From Promethearchaeota archaeon (lineage in GTDB: Archaea; Asgardarchaeota; Thorarchaeia; Thorarchaeales; Thorarchaeaceae): 32,000 bases of DNA. Positions 16,242 to 26,200 of this stretch are shown here, in pieces (the first letter of the stretch is position 1; each line of letters opens with the position of its first letter). The notes below the pieces were generated by a model, which ran no database searches, was not told where the DNA came from, and saw nothing but the letters and a program-made list of their open reading frames with translations. The stretch spans positions 3,968 to 35,967 of the forward strand of contig JALVPN010000067.1 in the NCBI GenBank assembly GCA_027031765.1, written 5' to 3'. Both the position numbers and the translations under genes were made by a program.

Positions 16242-17008
16242 TGGATAGAAGTGAGAACACATACAGACGAGATCCCATTATGGTAGCGTGTATACTCGCA
16301 GTCTTGGTGCTCGGTGCCGCATTCGTCGGGATTGCGGCCACAACGGGCCACTGGGGCATGTTCGGTCACGGTGGCAACGAGGTCACATTCCACTTCGACA
16401 TGGCACCTGACAACAACACAGACGACGTGGCCTTGGTGGTCAGTGTGAACACGGGGAACGTAAAGGTCAACTTTGAGGACAACAGCAGCCTGCTGTACAG
16501 GATGACCGTCGATGTGCCGCGGGATTTGCTGGCGCAGCAGGGTGAACCTGAGGTGACAGAGAGCGGCAGTATCTACACCCTCTCATATCCCGCGGCCAGT
16601 GTGAACATCACGCTGGGCACCGCCGTGTCCTACGACCTAGACGTCTCAACGGGCACAGGTTCTATAGACCTGACACTTGCGCATGGTGCGTCCTTTGGCA
16701 ACGTTTCACTGACAACGGACACAGGGGGCGTGTCCCTCTTGGTCGCGGCTGACACCGACCCGGCAGACGGCTCACGGATCACACTCAGCACGAGTACTGG
16801 CAATGTGAACGTGGCCATTGACCTGCCGGACAGTGCCGGAGCACACTTCACCGCCAGCACTCAGAGTGGCAGCGTGGACATCACGACCGCATCATGGACG
16901 AAGGTCACGGCCGATACCTACGAGTCACCAGACTATGCATCCGCCACCGAGCTGTTGACAGTCACTGCACACGCAGATGTGGGGTCAATAACTGGTGTAC
17001 TGACCTGA
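16241..17008 (+). CDS. Membrane-anchored DUF4097/'toastrack'-like beta-strand repeat protein
   Basis: N-terminal TM (IMVACILAVLVLGAAFVGIAA), then repeats VSVNTGNVKV, VSTGTGSIDL, LTTDTGGVSL, LSTSTGNVNV, ASTQSGSVDI, AHADVGSI. TGATG stop/start overlap with the regulator. Confidence 0.75.
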   Translation: MDRSENTYRRDPIMVACILAVLVLGAAFVGIAATTGHWGMFGHGGNEVTFHFDMAPDNNTDDVALVVSVNTGNVKVNFEDNSSLLYRMTVDVPRDLLAQQGEPEVTESGSIYTLSYPAASVNITLGTAVSYDLDVSTGTGSIDLTLAHGASFGNVSLTTDTGGVSLLVAADTDPADGSRITLSTSTGNVNVAIDLPDSAGAHFTASTQSGSVDITTASWTKVTADTYESPDYASATELLTVTAHADVGSITGVLT

Positions 17009-17015
17009 ACCGATA

Positions 17016-17066
17016 GGCCACCGGGTGACGGTACGGTGCCGCATCCGGTGGCCCCACTTTTTTTTT
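17016..17066 (+). terminator. Hairpin plus T9 terminator of the ArsR operon
   Basis: GGCCACCGG (17016-17024) pairs with CCGGTGGCC (17045-17053), followed by TTTTTTTTT (17058-17066), starting 8 nt after the stop at 17008. Confidence 0.8.
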
Positions 17067-17130
17067 CCTCGTCCAGTCCGAGGGCCCGGCAGCACTGACG
17101 TGCTGAAGGCGCGGGTCTGAGGCACAACAC

Positions 17131-18276
17131 CTATGTCCGGTCAGGTGATGAGATGGCCGCCGGGCCGGAGTCGTTGGTACTGGATGTGTCCTCATCAATG
17201 AAGACGAGATACGGGAATGCGGCTTGGACGAGTGCATCGAGCTGCGCCATCATCTTGGAGTCGACGTTGACGGCCTCTGCAGCAAGGCGCTCATATAGGT
17301 CGGCTGATATCGAGGACAGGAGCATCTTGAGCGACCGTCTTGCAAAGTAGGTGCCCCGTTCGCAGATCAGCAGTGCAGAGATGTCCTTGGACCACTCGAA
17401 CAACAGCACCCTGCGGGTGACATCAATGAGGCGTAGCTGGGCATTGACCTGGAGGCCCTCGGAGAGGACTGACGAGACCGCAGTGATTGACATGCTCATG
17501 AGCTGGTCGGGCACCACCATGCCCTCCATGCCCCGGGTACGGACGGCACGGGAATATGTTGCAATCCCGACGGAGTTGTAGATGATGATACGGTAGACCG
17601 GGACTGGTAGACGATAGAGGTAGTTGGGGTGGGTCAGGTACATGCCTATCAGGAGGACGAGCCCGACAAAAGTGATCATGTCCCCCAGCTCGTAGACGGA
17701 CATGTCGATGACATGCTTGAAACCGAAGTAGTTGCCCATGACAGCTGGGATTCCACCAGACGCCAGTATTAGCAGTGCCAGCCACTCGACAAGGGCGTTC
17801 CGTTCCTCCGTCATCCGCCAGCCGCGGAACGATATCACCATGCCGAACAAGAAGGCGCCCATCCTGATGGCGTCATGGGCAAAGTCGTTCCACTGAGTGA
17901 GTGCACCGGGAGCGCTGTCAAGGGTGAGCATGGTCGCAGAGGTGGCGGCACCCATGCCCACAAGGGCGCTCATCAGGGCCAAGCGGGCAAGGTGTGGTCG
18001 GAGGTCGGAGACCTGTTCAAAGTGGAGATAGATTGCATAGTACATGAAGACGTATGCAAGTCCGTTTGCAAGCGGTGATGTGTGGGATGCCAGGTACTCC
18101 GAGAGGAACGGGCGAAAGGCCCACAGCGTGAGGCCGGCAACACCGAACAGTAGGCCCACTGTGAGCAGGTGCGCGTGACGGTTCTTGCGGAATGTCTGAT
18201 AGATGAACAGTATGACCAGCAACAATAAGATTCCCCATAGGGCCAGCACAACAACGTTCGCAATATCTGACTGCAT
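17131..18276 (-). CDS. 7-TM membrane protein with C-terminal longin/roadblock-like cytoplasmic domain
   Basis: Seven hydrophobic segments in residues ~5-220, then YRIIIYNSVGIATYS...DQLMSMSITAVSSVLSE...LRLID....LLFE...SALLICER...LVQAAFPY, recognised by eye as a longin-like beta2-alpha-beta3-alpha2 pattern. Confidence 0.7.
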   Translation of the reverse strand: MQSDIANVVVLALWGILLLLVILFIYQTFRKNRHAHLLTVGLLFGVAGLTLWAFRPFLSEYLASHTSPLANGLAYVFMYYAIYLHFEQVSDLRPHLARLALMSALVGMGAATSATMLTLDSAPGALTQWNDFAHDAIRMGAFLFGMVISFRGWRMTEERNALVEWLALLILASGGIPAVMGNYFGFKHVIDMSVYELGDMITFVGLVLLIGMYLTHPNYLYRLPVPVYRIIIYNSVGIATYSRAVRTRGMEGMVVPDQLMSMSITAVSSVLSEGLQVNAQLRLIDVTRRVLLFEWSKDISALLICERGTYFARRSLKMLLSSISADLYERLAAEAVNVDSKMMAQLDALVQAAFPYLVFIDEDTSSTNDSGPAAISSPDRT

Positions 18277-18624
18277 GGCTGGACACTCCGTACAACTGTG
18301 ACGAGAACACAGAGTGGTGTGCTTGGGGCGGTATTAACAGTTGTCCAGACATACTGGACGACCACGTGAGCGGCCCGTTGTCGGCATGCCTTGCGGACGT
18401 ACGGGCAACACCCATAGGACGGGAGCGTGTGGGAGGGGCACAACTGGGCCGCCACCACGCCAGTGTTCAGAGGGACGCCTAACAGTGACCCCACAAGGAG
18501 AGGTGGCCGCAGGCACACTGTGCAGCCGTGCTGACACTACGACGGGGGCAGGCCATGGCAGGCAGCAGGACTGGTCGGACAGGCAACAGTGCAATACCGG
18601 GTCATCGCCCATCGCAGGGGATGC

Positions 18625-19893
18625 TCAGGACTGGGGCCTGCTGAGGTGACGAATGCGGGCCTCACACTCAGCCTCACGTGTGGTCGCACCCATCTCACGG
18701 AACATTGATGCTGCCACCTGCCATGTCCTGATGGCGTCCCCGGTCTGTCCGAGGCGCTCCAGTGTCAGGCCGCGGTAGTAGAGGTGTTCTGGGTTGTCCG
18801 GTTCAATGGAGAATGCACGGTCGAAGTCAGAGAGGGCCTCTGTGAAGTGCTGCAGTGCAAGGTGTAGACGACCCCGCAGGTGCATCAGTGTCGGGTCATC
18901 GGGGTCGAGAGCACATGCAGTATTATAGTACTCCAGTGAGGCGTCAAGGTCACCCTGTTGTGCCATCACCTGTGCACATCTCGCCCACGCGTCAACACAC
19001 TCAGGGCTTGCATTGATGGCGCGTTCATACGAGACCAGCGCCTCCTGGTATGACCTCAATGCACGGTGGGCATCACCCTTCCGGATCCAGAGGTATGGGT
19101 CATCGAATTTGATTGACACCGCTCCCTGGTAGTACTGGACTGCCCGCTCGTACTCGTCGAGCTCGTAGTATATGTCACCAAGCATCTGGAGCGCTTGGTA
19201 GAGGCCACGGTCTACGGCAAGGGCCCTCTCAAGTGCCTCGATGGCAAGCTCGTACCGCTTCTGCGAGGCGTATATCCGTCCCAGTTCGACAAGAGCATAT
19301 ACATAGCGCGGTTCGAGATCCACGGTACGCTCAAGCCATGCAATCGCACCAAGGGCATTCCCTGACCTCTCAAGGCACAGTCCATATGCAAGACGCGCTC
19401 GGGAGTCCTGCGGGTCAGCCTGCACTGCACGCTTGGCGTACTCCCATGCACCATCGATGTCGCCAAGGTCCAGGAGGGCACGCGAAAGGTATGTCAGCAC
19501 AAGGCAACAGTCCGGGTCAAGAGAAAGAGCGGTCCTGAAACACTTGACAGCGTCATCAGCAGACCCGGCCACCATGTAGGCCACACCCATGTTGACCCAT
19601 GCAGCAACACGGCCACTGTCCAGTCCCAACATCCGTTCGTACAGCACTATTGCCCGTGCGGTGTTCCCTTCTGACAAGTGCAGGTTCGCCAACCGGAAGA
19701 GTAGTTCAGGCAGGCGCGGGTCGTCCTTTGCAGCCTCCACCACCGTTTCGAGCTCGGCCTCAAGCCGGCCCAGTTCCTTCCGGTCACTTGAAGGAAGGGC
19801 GACTGGTCGGATCTCTTCAGGTTGCACAAGTGTCCCGATGCGCAGGCTATTCAACCGGCCCTCGATTGATGAAACAATGTCGTTCTGCTCCAT
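18625..19893 (-). CDS. Tetratricopeptide repeat protein (~10 TPRs)
   Basis: Regular 34-aa helical repeats (AWVNMGVAY...A...F..AL.LDP; ALVELGRIY...YELAIEALERAL; LWIRKGDAH...YQEALVSYERAI). Confidence 0.92.
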   Translation of the reverse strand: MEQNDIVSSIEGRLNSLRIGTLVQPEEIRPVALPSSDRKELGRLEAELETVVEAAKDDPRLPELLFRLANLHLSEGNTARAIVLYERMLGLDSGRVAAWVNMGVAYMVAGSADDAVKCFRTALSLDPDCCLVLTYLSRALLDLGDIDGAWEYAKRAVQADPQDSRARLAYGLCLERSGNALGAIAWLERTVDLEPRYVYALVELGRIYASQKRYELAIEALERALAVDRGLYQALQMLGDIYYELDEYERAVQYYQGAVSIKFDDPYLWIRKGDAHRALRSYQEALVSYERAINASPECVDAWARCAQVMAQQGDLDASLEYYNTACALDPDDPTLMHLRGRLHLALQHFTEALSDFDRAFSIEPDNPEHLYYRGLTLERLGQTGDAIRTWQVAASMFREMGATTREAECEARIRHLSRPQS

Positions 19894-20230
19894 CCCGTTA
19901 CGTTCCCGGTACTCGTAGGGATGTGGCGGGCTTTAAGTCTTCTCACACCCCGGTACTGAGGATGTCCCTGACGATGACACAGAGAGGTGATGTGTGTCAG
20001 CAACGACGTGCCCGGCGCGGTTAACGGCAAGAGAGGCTGACCAGAGTGGGCGCGTCTGTCGTGGCTGGTGACGCCATGCGACGGGACACACTGTTGTGAC
20101 AGTGTGGGAATGGACAGACCACAGCGTCCAAACAGTACCATGACTGCCAGATGTGGCCTGCGTGGTGGGGTCAGGACGGTAACAGTATCACTGTCAAACC
20201 AGGGGTGTGCACGCGAGTCCTGCCGGGAGT

Positions 20231-23200
20231 TCAGGCAACGATGTGTACGGGACGGAGGTTGACGACCCTGTGTTCGCCGTCGGCACTGTCATACTCGACC
20301 ATGCCCACAAGCTCGCCCTCAGCACCCGGCTGGAGTTCGAAGTCAATCTCGGTCACCGACACACCACCTGGCTCGATTGTGCCGACCACTTGGCTCTTGA
20401 TGACATCGGTCAGGTCGGGGACGCCGAGTACGACCTGGACGTTGTGCATGGGGTTCTTCGACCCGTTCCGGACCGCCACACCGAAGATGACCTTGCCATC
20501 GCGGATCTTGTACTCAACGAGCACCTCCATGCCCGGTTCCAGGCCCGGACTTGCAGGCTCGGCCTCGGTCACGTACTCGCGCCTGCGCCAGCGCTCAGCC
20601 ACCTTGCGGCCCACCACTGAGAGGACGACGACCGCCAAGACAACACGCATCACTGCAAAGCCCCAGTGCACGGTCGGTTCGAAGTCCGCGCCATCCAGGA
20701 GCATGTCGCCGTCGGTATCTGACGAGGTGGCATTGGTACCGTACACGACCACCTCCTCTCGGTCGGACAGGCCGTCACCATCGGTGTCAGCACTGACAGG
20801 ACTGGTATGATAGAGGGTCAGCTCTGCATAGTCGGACAGGCCATCACCGTCAGTGTCATTCACCAGTGGTGACGTGTGGTACACGTTGACCTCATCGTAG
20901 TCACTGAGGCGGTCACTATCAGTATCGGCCAGCTCTGGGTCAGTGTGGTACTCGGTGACCTCCTCCCGGTCGGACAGGCCGTCGGAGTCGGTGTCAACGC
21001 TGGTGGGGGATGTCTTCGAGACCATCACCTCATAGTAGTCTGAGAGGCCATCACCATCGGTGTCTGACAGTGTGGCGTTCGTCCCATAGACGAAGACCTC
21101 ATCATAGTCAGAGAGGTGGTCGTTGTCAGTGTCCACCGAGGTGGGGCTCGTACCATACAGGTGCACTTCGGCACCATCGATTATCGAGTCGGAGTCGGTG
21201 TCCCGTTTCCGGGGGTTGGAGCCGTACTGGACCTCGAGGCCGTCCGCCAGGTCGTCATTGTCATAGTCGGGGTCCAGGGGCAGGGTGCCGTAGACCCGTA
21301 GCTCCTCTATGTTCGACAGGCCGTCACCATCAGAGTCCCACTCCGAGTCCAGCACACCGGGGTGGGTCATGTTCTTGATTGGGCTCGTGCCGGTCAGCTC
21401 GACCTCCTCGTAGTCGGTGAGCCGGTCGTCGTCAGTGTCCACCCGCAGTGGGTCAGACCGGTAGTCCTTGACCTCCCGGTTGTCGTCGAGGCCGTCACCA
21501 TCAGAGTCGCGGGCCAGCGGGTCAGTGTGATACACCCTGGTCTCGTCGTAGTCAGAGAGTGTGTCCCCATCAGTGTCTGCCTTGCGTGGGGCGGTGCCAG
21601 CAAGGATTTCCTCGATGTTCGTGAGGCCGTCGCCGTCCTCGTCGTCATTGAGGTCGGAGATACCATCATCGTCCGTGTCCTTGTCACGCGGGTCAGTGCC
21701 CGTCAGGTAGCACTCCTGGTAGTTCGTCAGCAGGTCACGGTCCTCGTCGTCAGCACCGTCGTCAATCCCATCACCGTCGCTGTCAGGGTTGCGTGGGTCA
21801 GTGTGTGTAAGGGCGAGCTCGTCCGAGTTTGACAGGCCATCACTGTCGATGTCCCAGTCGGCATCAGAGGTGCCGTCGCCGCGAGTGCTGTACCGCAGTG
21901 GATTCGTGAGGGTAAGGTTGGCCTCTTGGTAGTCAGTGAGACCGTCCGAGTCGGTGTCTGGAGAGAGTGGGTCTGTCCCGAGTGCGACCTCTTGGGCGTC
22001 AAGCAGCAGGTCAGAGTCAGTGTCCATCACCAACGGATCCGTATTGTATACGTTGAGTTCAAGACCATCTGTCAGGCCGTCCCCGTCAGTGTCAGGAGTG
22101 AGCGCGTCGGTCTCGAAGACCATAATCTCGTCGTAGTCGGACACGCCATCTGCGTCGGTGTCCGTGCTGTTGAGCAGGGTGTGATAGGTATACGCCTCCT
22201 CACCGTCCTCCAGCAGGTCGCCGTCGGTGTCCCGCCGGTTCGGGTCGCTGGAGAACAGGAATATCTCGTCCCAGTCACCAATGGAGTCATCGTCAGTGTC
22301 GCCATCTCGGGGTGAGGTGTGGCTTGTGAAGACCTCATACGAGTCGGACAACATGTCGCCGTCCGTGTCGACCAGTGTACAGTTGGTCTCATAGTAGTAT
22401 ATCTCAAGGTAGTTGTTGATACCGTCGCCGTCCTGGTCATCAAGGTCGTCAGGGACACCGTCACCATCGCTATCGCTGGACGTCGGGTCTGTGTGGCTGT
22501 TCCAGAGCTCGTCGTTGTCGGCGAGGTGGTCACCATCAGTGTCAGGGGTTGTGGGGTCAGTACCGAGGTCGTTGACCTCGTCGCCGTCCTTCAGGTCGTC
22601 AAAGTCGGTGTCAGGGTTCTTGGGGTCGCAGCCATGATCAATCTCTTCACCGTCCAGCAGACCGTCGTCATCGCAGTCAGGGTCAGTACCATCAGTGTCG
22701 TATACCTTCCACTCCTCCCAGTCAGAGAGGCCATCAGAGTCTGTGTCATTGTTGTTGGGGTCAAGGCCAAGTTCGAGCTCCTTCCGGTCGTCAATCTGGT
22801 CGCCGTCGGAGTCTGGACTATTGGGACTGGTGCCGTAAGTGTTCACCTCGTCATAGTCGGACAGCAGGTCACCATCGGTGTCCCAGTCAGTAGGGCTGGT
22901 CCTGGACACGTACACCTCGTGGTAGTCGTCAAGCCCATCAGCATCGCTGTCATCGCCGGTGGGGTCTGTATGATAGACCACGTACTCCTCATAGTCGGAG
23001 AGACCGTCGTCATCCGTGTCCATATCCGTGGGGGACGTACCAGCAAGGTGTACCTCAGTGCCGTCGCTGAGCAGGTCACCATCGGTGTCCCATGCGGTCG
23101 CGTTCGAGTGGTAGCCATAGATCTCAAGCCCGTTGGTAAGGCCGTCATGGTCCACGTCGAGGTAGTAGTCTGAGGTGCCATTTGCATATGTGGAGTACCT

Positions 23201-26200
23201 TGACGCATTGAGGCCCAAGAGGCGGTCCTCCGAATAGTCGTCAAGCCCATCACGGTCGGTGTCCTTGCGGCGCGGGTCTGTACCGATGAGGAACTCATCA
23301 TGGTCTGTGAGCTGGTCGCCATCAGTATCACTCACCAGCGGGTCCGAGGTCACAGTGAAGTGCTCAATGCCCTCTGAACTGTTCACAATGGAGACCGTGA
23401 AGCCGAGGACTTCGGTACCGTCCGGGAGGTCATCATCGTCGCTGTCCATGTCACCGGGCGAGGTCTTGTAGACGTACAGCTCGTTGCCATTCGAGAGGCC
23501 ATCACTGTCCGAGTCGAGGTCATAGTCAAGGATACCGGGGGTGGTCATATTGGTCGTGGGGTCAGTACCGGTGACCTTGACCTCGGTGTAGTCGTCAATC
23601 TGGTCACTGTCGGTATCGTTCACAAGGGGCAGCGTGCCATAGTCGTTGACCTCCTCACCGTCCTTCAGGCCGTCACTGTCGGTGTCAGGGCGCAGTGGGT
23701 CAGTGTGCCACGTGAGAACCTCCTCACCGTCCTTCAGGCCGTCACTGTCGGTGTCAGCAGTCGCAGGGTCTGTCTCCCCAGGGTCGACCACGCCGTCACC
23801 ATCGATGTCCTCGCCGACCTCGCCGGGGTCCCACCGCCCATCGTGGTCGGTGTCGTTCCAACCGTCTGGCAGCTGGTCGTTGTCGGTGTCCCAGAGCGTT
23901 GCATTGAGGCCCACATCCACCTCTAGGCCGTCACGCAACATGTCGCCATCCGTGTCCCATACCAGCGGGTCAGTGTTGTAGGTGCGTATCTCCTGCACGT
24001 TTGTCAGGCCGTCATGGTCCTGGTCGTCATTGGCGTCCCGCACACCGTCGTCGTCCGAGTCTGCGTCCAGAGGGTCGGTCATGGTCTGGCGCACCTCCTC
24101 GGCATCGGTCAGCCCGTCAGAGTCCGTGTCAGCGACCCGTGGGTCACAGCCTGACGCGTACTCGTCTATGTTCGTGAGGCCGTCACCGTCGGGGTCCTCG
24201 GCACCATCAAGGGTGCCGTCGTCGTCAGTGTCATTGTAGCACGGGTCGGTCTGCGTCTCCCGTACCTCGAACCAGTTTGGCAGGCCGTCCCCATCGTTGT
24301 CGTACTGGTCGTCACGTGGCTGGCCGGAGCCGTGTGTGTACGGTGTCGTAGGGTCGGTCCGGGTCACATAGAGCTCCACACCGTTCGACAGACCATCACC
24401 ATCAAGGTCCTCATCATAGTCGCCAACACCGTTGTCGTTACTGTCCGGGTCATTTGGGTCGGTACCAAGATCTGTGTACTCGTGGCCGTCCTTGATGCCA
24501 TCACCATCAGTATCGGGGACCCGTGGGAGGGTATGGGTCACGTTCAGCTCGACTATGTTGGACAGGAAGTCCAAGTCGGAGTCCTCCGCGTCATCACGCG
24601 TGCCATCGCGATCGGTGTCTGCGAGTGCGACATCCGTCCGTGTGAGATATATTTCCTGACCGTTGGTCAGCGTATCATTGTCATAGTCATAGTCATAGTC
24701 GTTGGTCGCGTTGGTCGGGTCGAAGGTGTAGGCATTGGTCGGGTCGAACAGCTGGGAACGGTCAATCTCGTCCTTATCAAGGACGCCATCGCCGTCTGTG
24801 TCAACGGATGTGGGTGATGTACCGTACTTGTTGACCTCGATGCCATCACCGACAGAGTCCCCATCAGTGTCGGACTCTGTGAGGTTGGTACCATATACAT
24901 TGACCTCGTCATAGTCGCTGAGGCCATCGACATCCGAGTCGTTCGAGTTGGGGTTGCTGTGCCAGACGTTGACCTCATCACCATCTGACAGCATGTCGCC
25001 ATCACTGTCGGGGTTGGTGGCGTTGGTGTTGTAGGTGTTTATTTCGGCATAGTCGTCAAGGCCGTCACCGTCCGTGTCCGCACTTGACACGTTCGTCCCG
25101 TATGTGACGTACTCGGCATAGTCGTCAAGGCCGTCGCCATCAGTGTCGCTGTCCCTGGGGTCTGAGTGGACGACTGCCACCTCCTCGTAGTCGGTGAGCC
25201 GGTCGCCATCCGTGTCCTCATTCGTGGGGCTCGTCTTGTAGACCTTGACCTCTTCACCGTCCGACAGCCCGTCATCGTCTGAGTCGGGGTCGTGGACATC
25301 GCTGCCCACCGAGATCTCCTTCCAGTTGGCGAGGCCGTCACGGTCCTCGTCATCGTAGTAGTCTGACACCCCGTCGTTGTCACTGTCCACATCATTCGGG
25401 TCCGTGCCCGTTATCCTGACCTCCTGCAGGTTCGTGAGGCCATCGCCATCATTGTCGTCCTGTCCATCATCGACACCATCGCCGTCCGTGTCAGCCTCTG
25501 TGGGCGAGGTCTGTGTGATGTTGTTCTCCTCGTAGTCGGTGAGGAGGTCGCCGTCCGTGTCGCGCCTGTTCGGGTCGGTCCCGAGGTACACCTCCTGCCA
25601 GTCGGTCAGGCCATCGCTGTCCGAGTCACTGTCGTTCGGGTCGGTGCCGAAGGTGACCACCTCATCAAAGTCATTGAGTCCATCGTCATCACTGTCGGGG
25701 TCAAGTGGTGATGTCCCGTACTGCAGCACCTCGTCGCCATCGCTGAGCCTGTCGTTGTCAGTGTCCGGGTCATCGACGAGCGTACCCTCAATGAGGGCCT
25801 CCCTCGCATCGGCAAGGCCGTCACGGTCATTGTCGCGCCCATAGGCCCTCACAGAACCACCATTCGTGCCCACGACAAACTCGTAGTTCCCGTCGGCATC
25901 GAGATCGCATGTCCCAAGCACACCGGAGAAACCCACTATGTCCACTCCAGTGACCAGGTAGCCAGAGGCATTATACAGGGTCACAGTACCGCCCGTACCA
26001 ACAAGCACCTGTGGGTCTGCCAGACCGCCGATATTGGCGACCCCCACCACGTTCACCTGGGCACTAAGAGTCCTGTTCCACACTTGGAGGCCTGACGCGT
26101 TGTACACACGGAGGGCGCCTGCGGATGTACCAGCCACAATCTCGTCGGCACCGCCTGTGAGCAGTTGCGCGACCTTGAGACCCGTGATGCTCTCATTCAG

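Noticed and set aside
17131-18276. Microbial rhodopsin call for the 7-TM protein
   Set aside because: No DxxxK retinal-binding lysine in helix 7 (LGDMITFVGLVLLIGMYL).
19891-19923. Hairpin CATCCC...GGGATG covering the TPR start codon
   Set aside because: Only 6+4 bp, and the likely TATA-like TTAAAG (~19931-19936) implies a transcript starting inside the hairpin.
21875-21883. RGD integrin-ligand motif in the repeat array
   Set aside because: Single occurrence in a very G/D-rich region; expected by chance, and the equivalent hinge units lack it.
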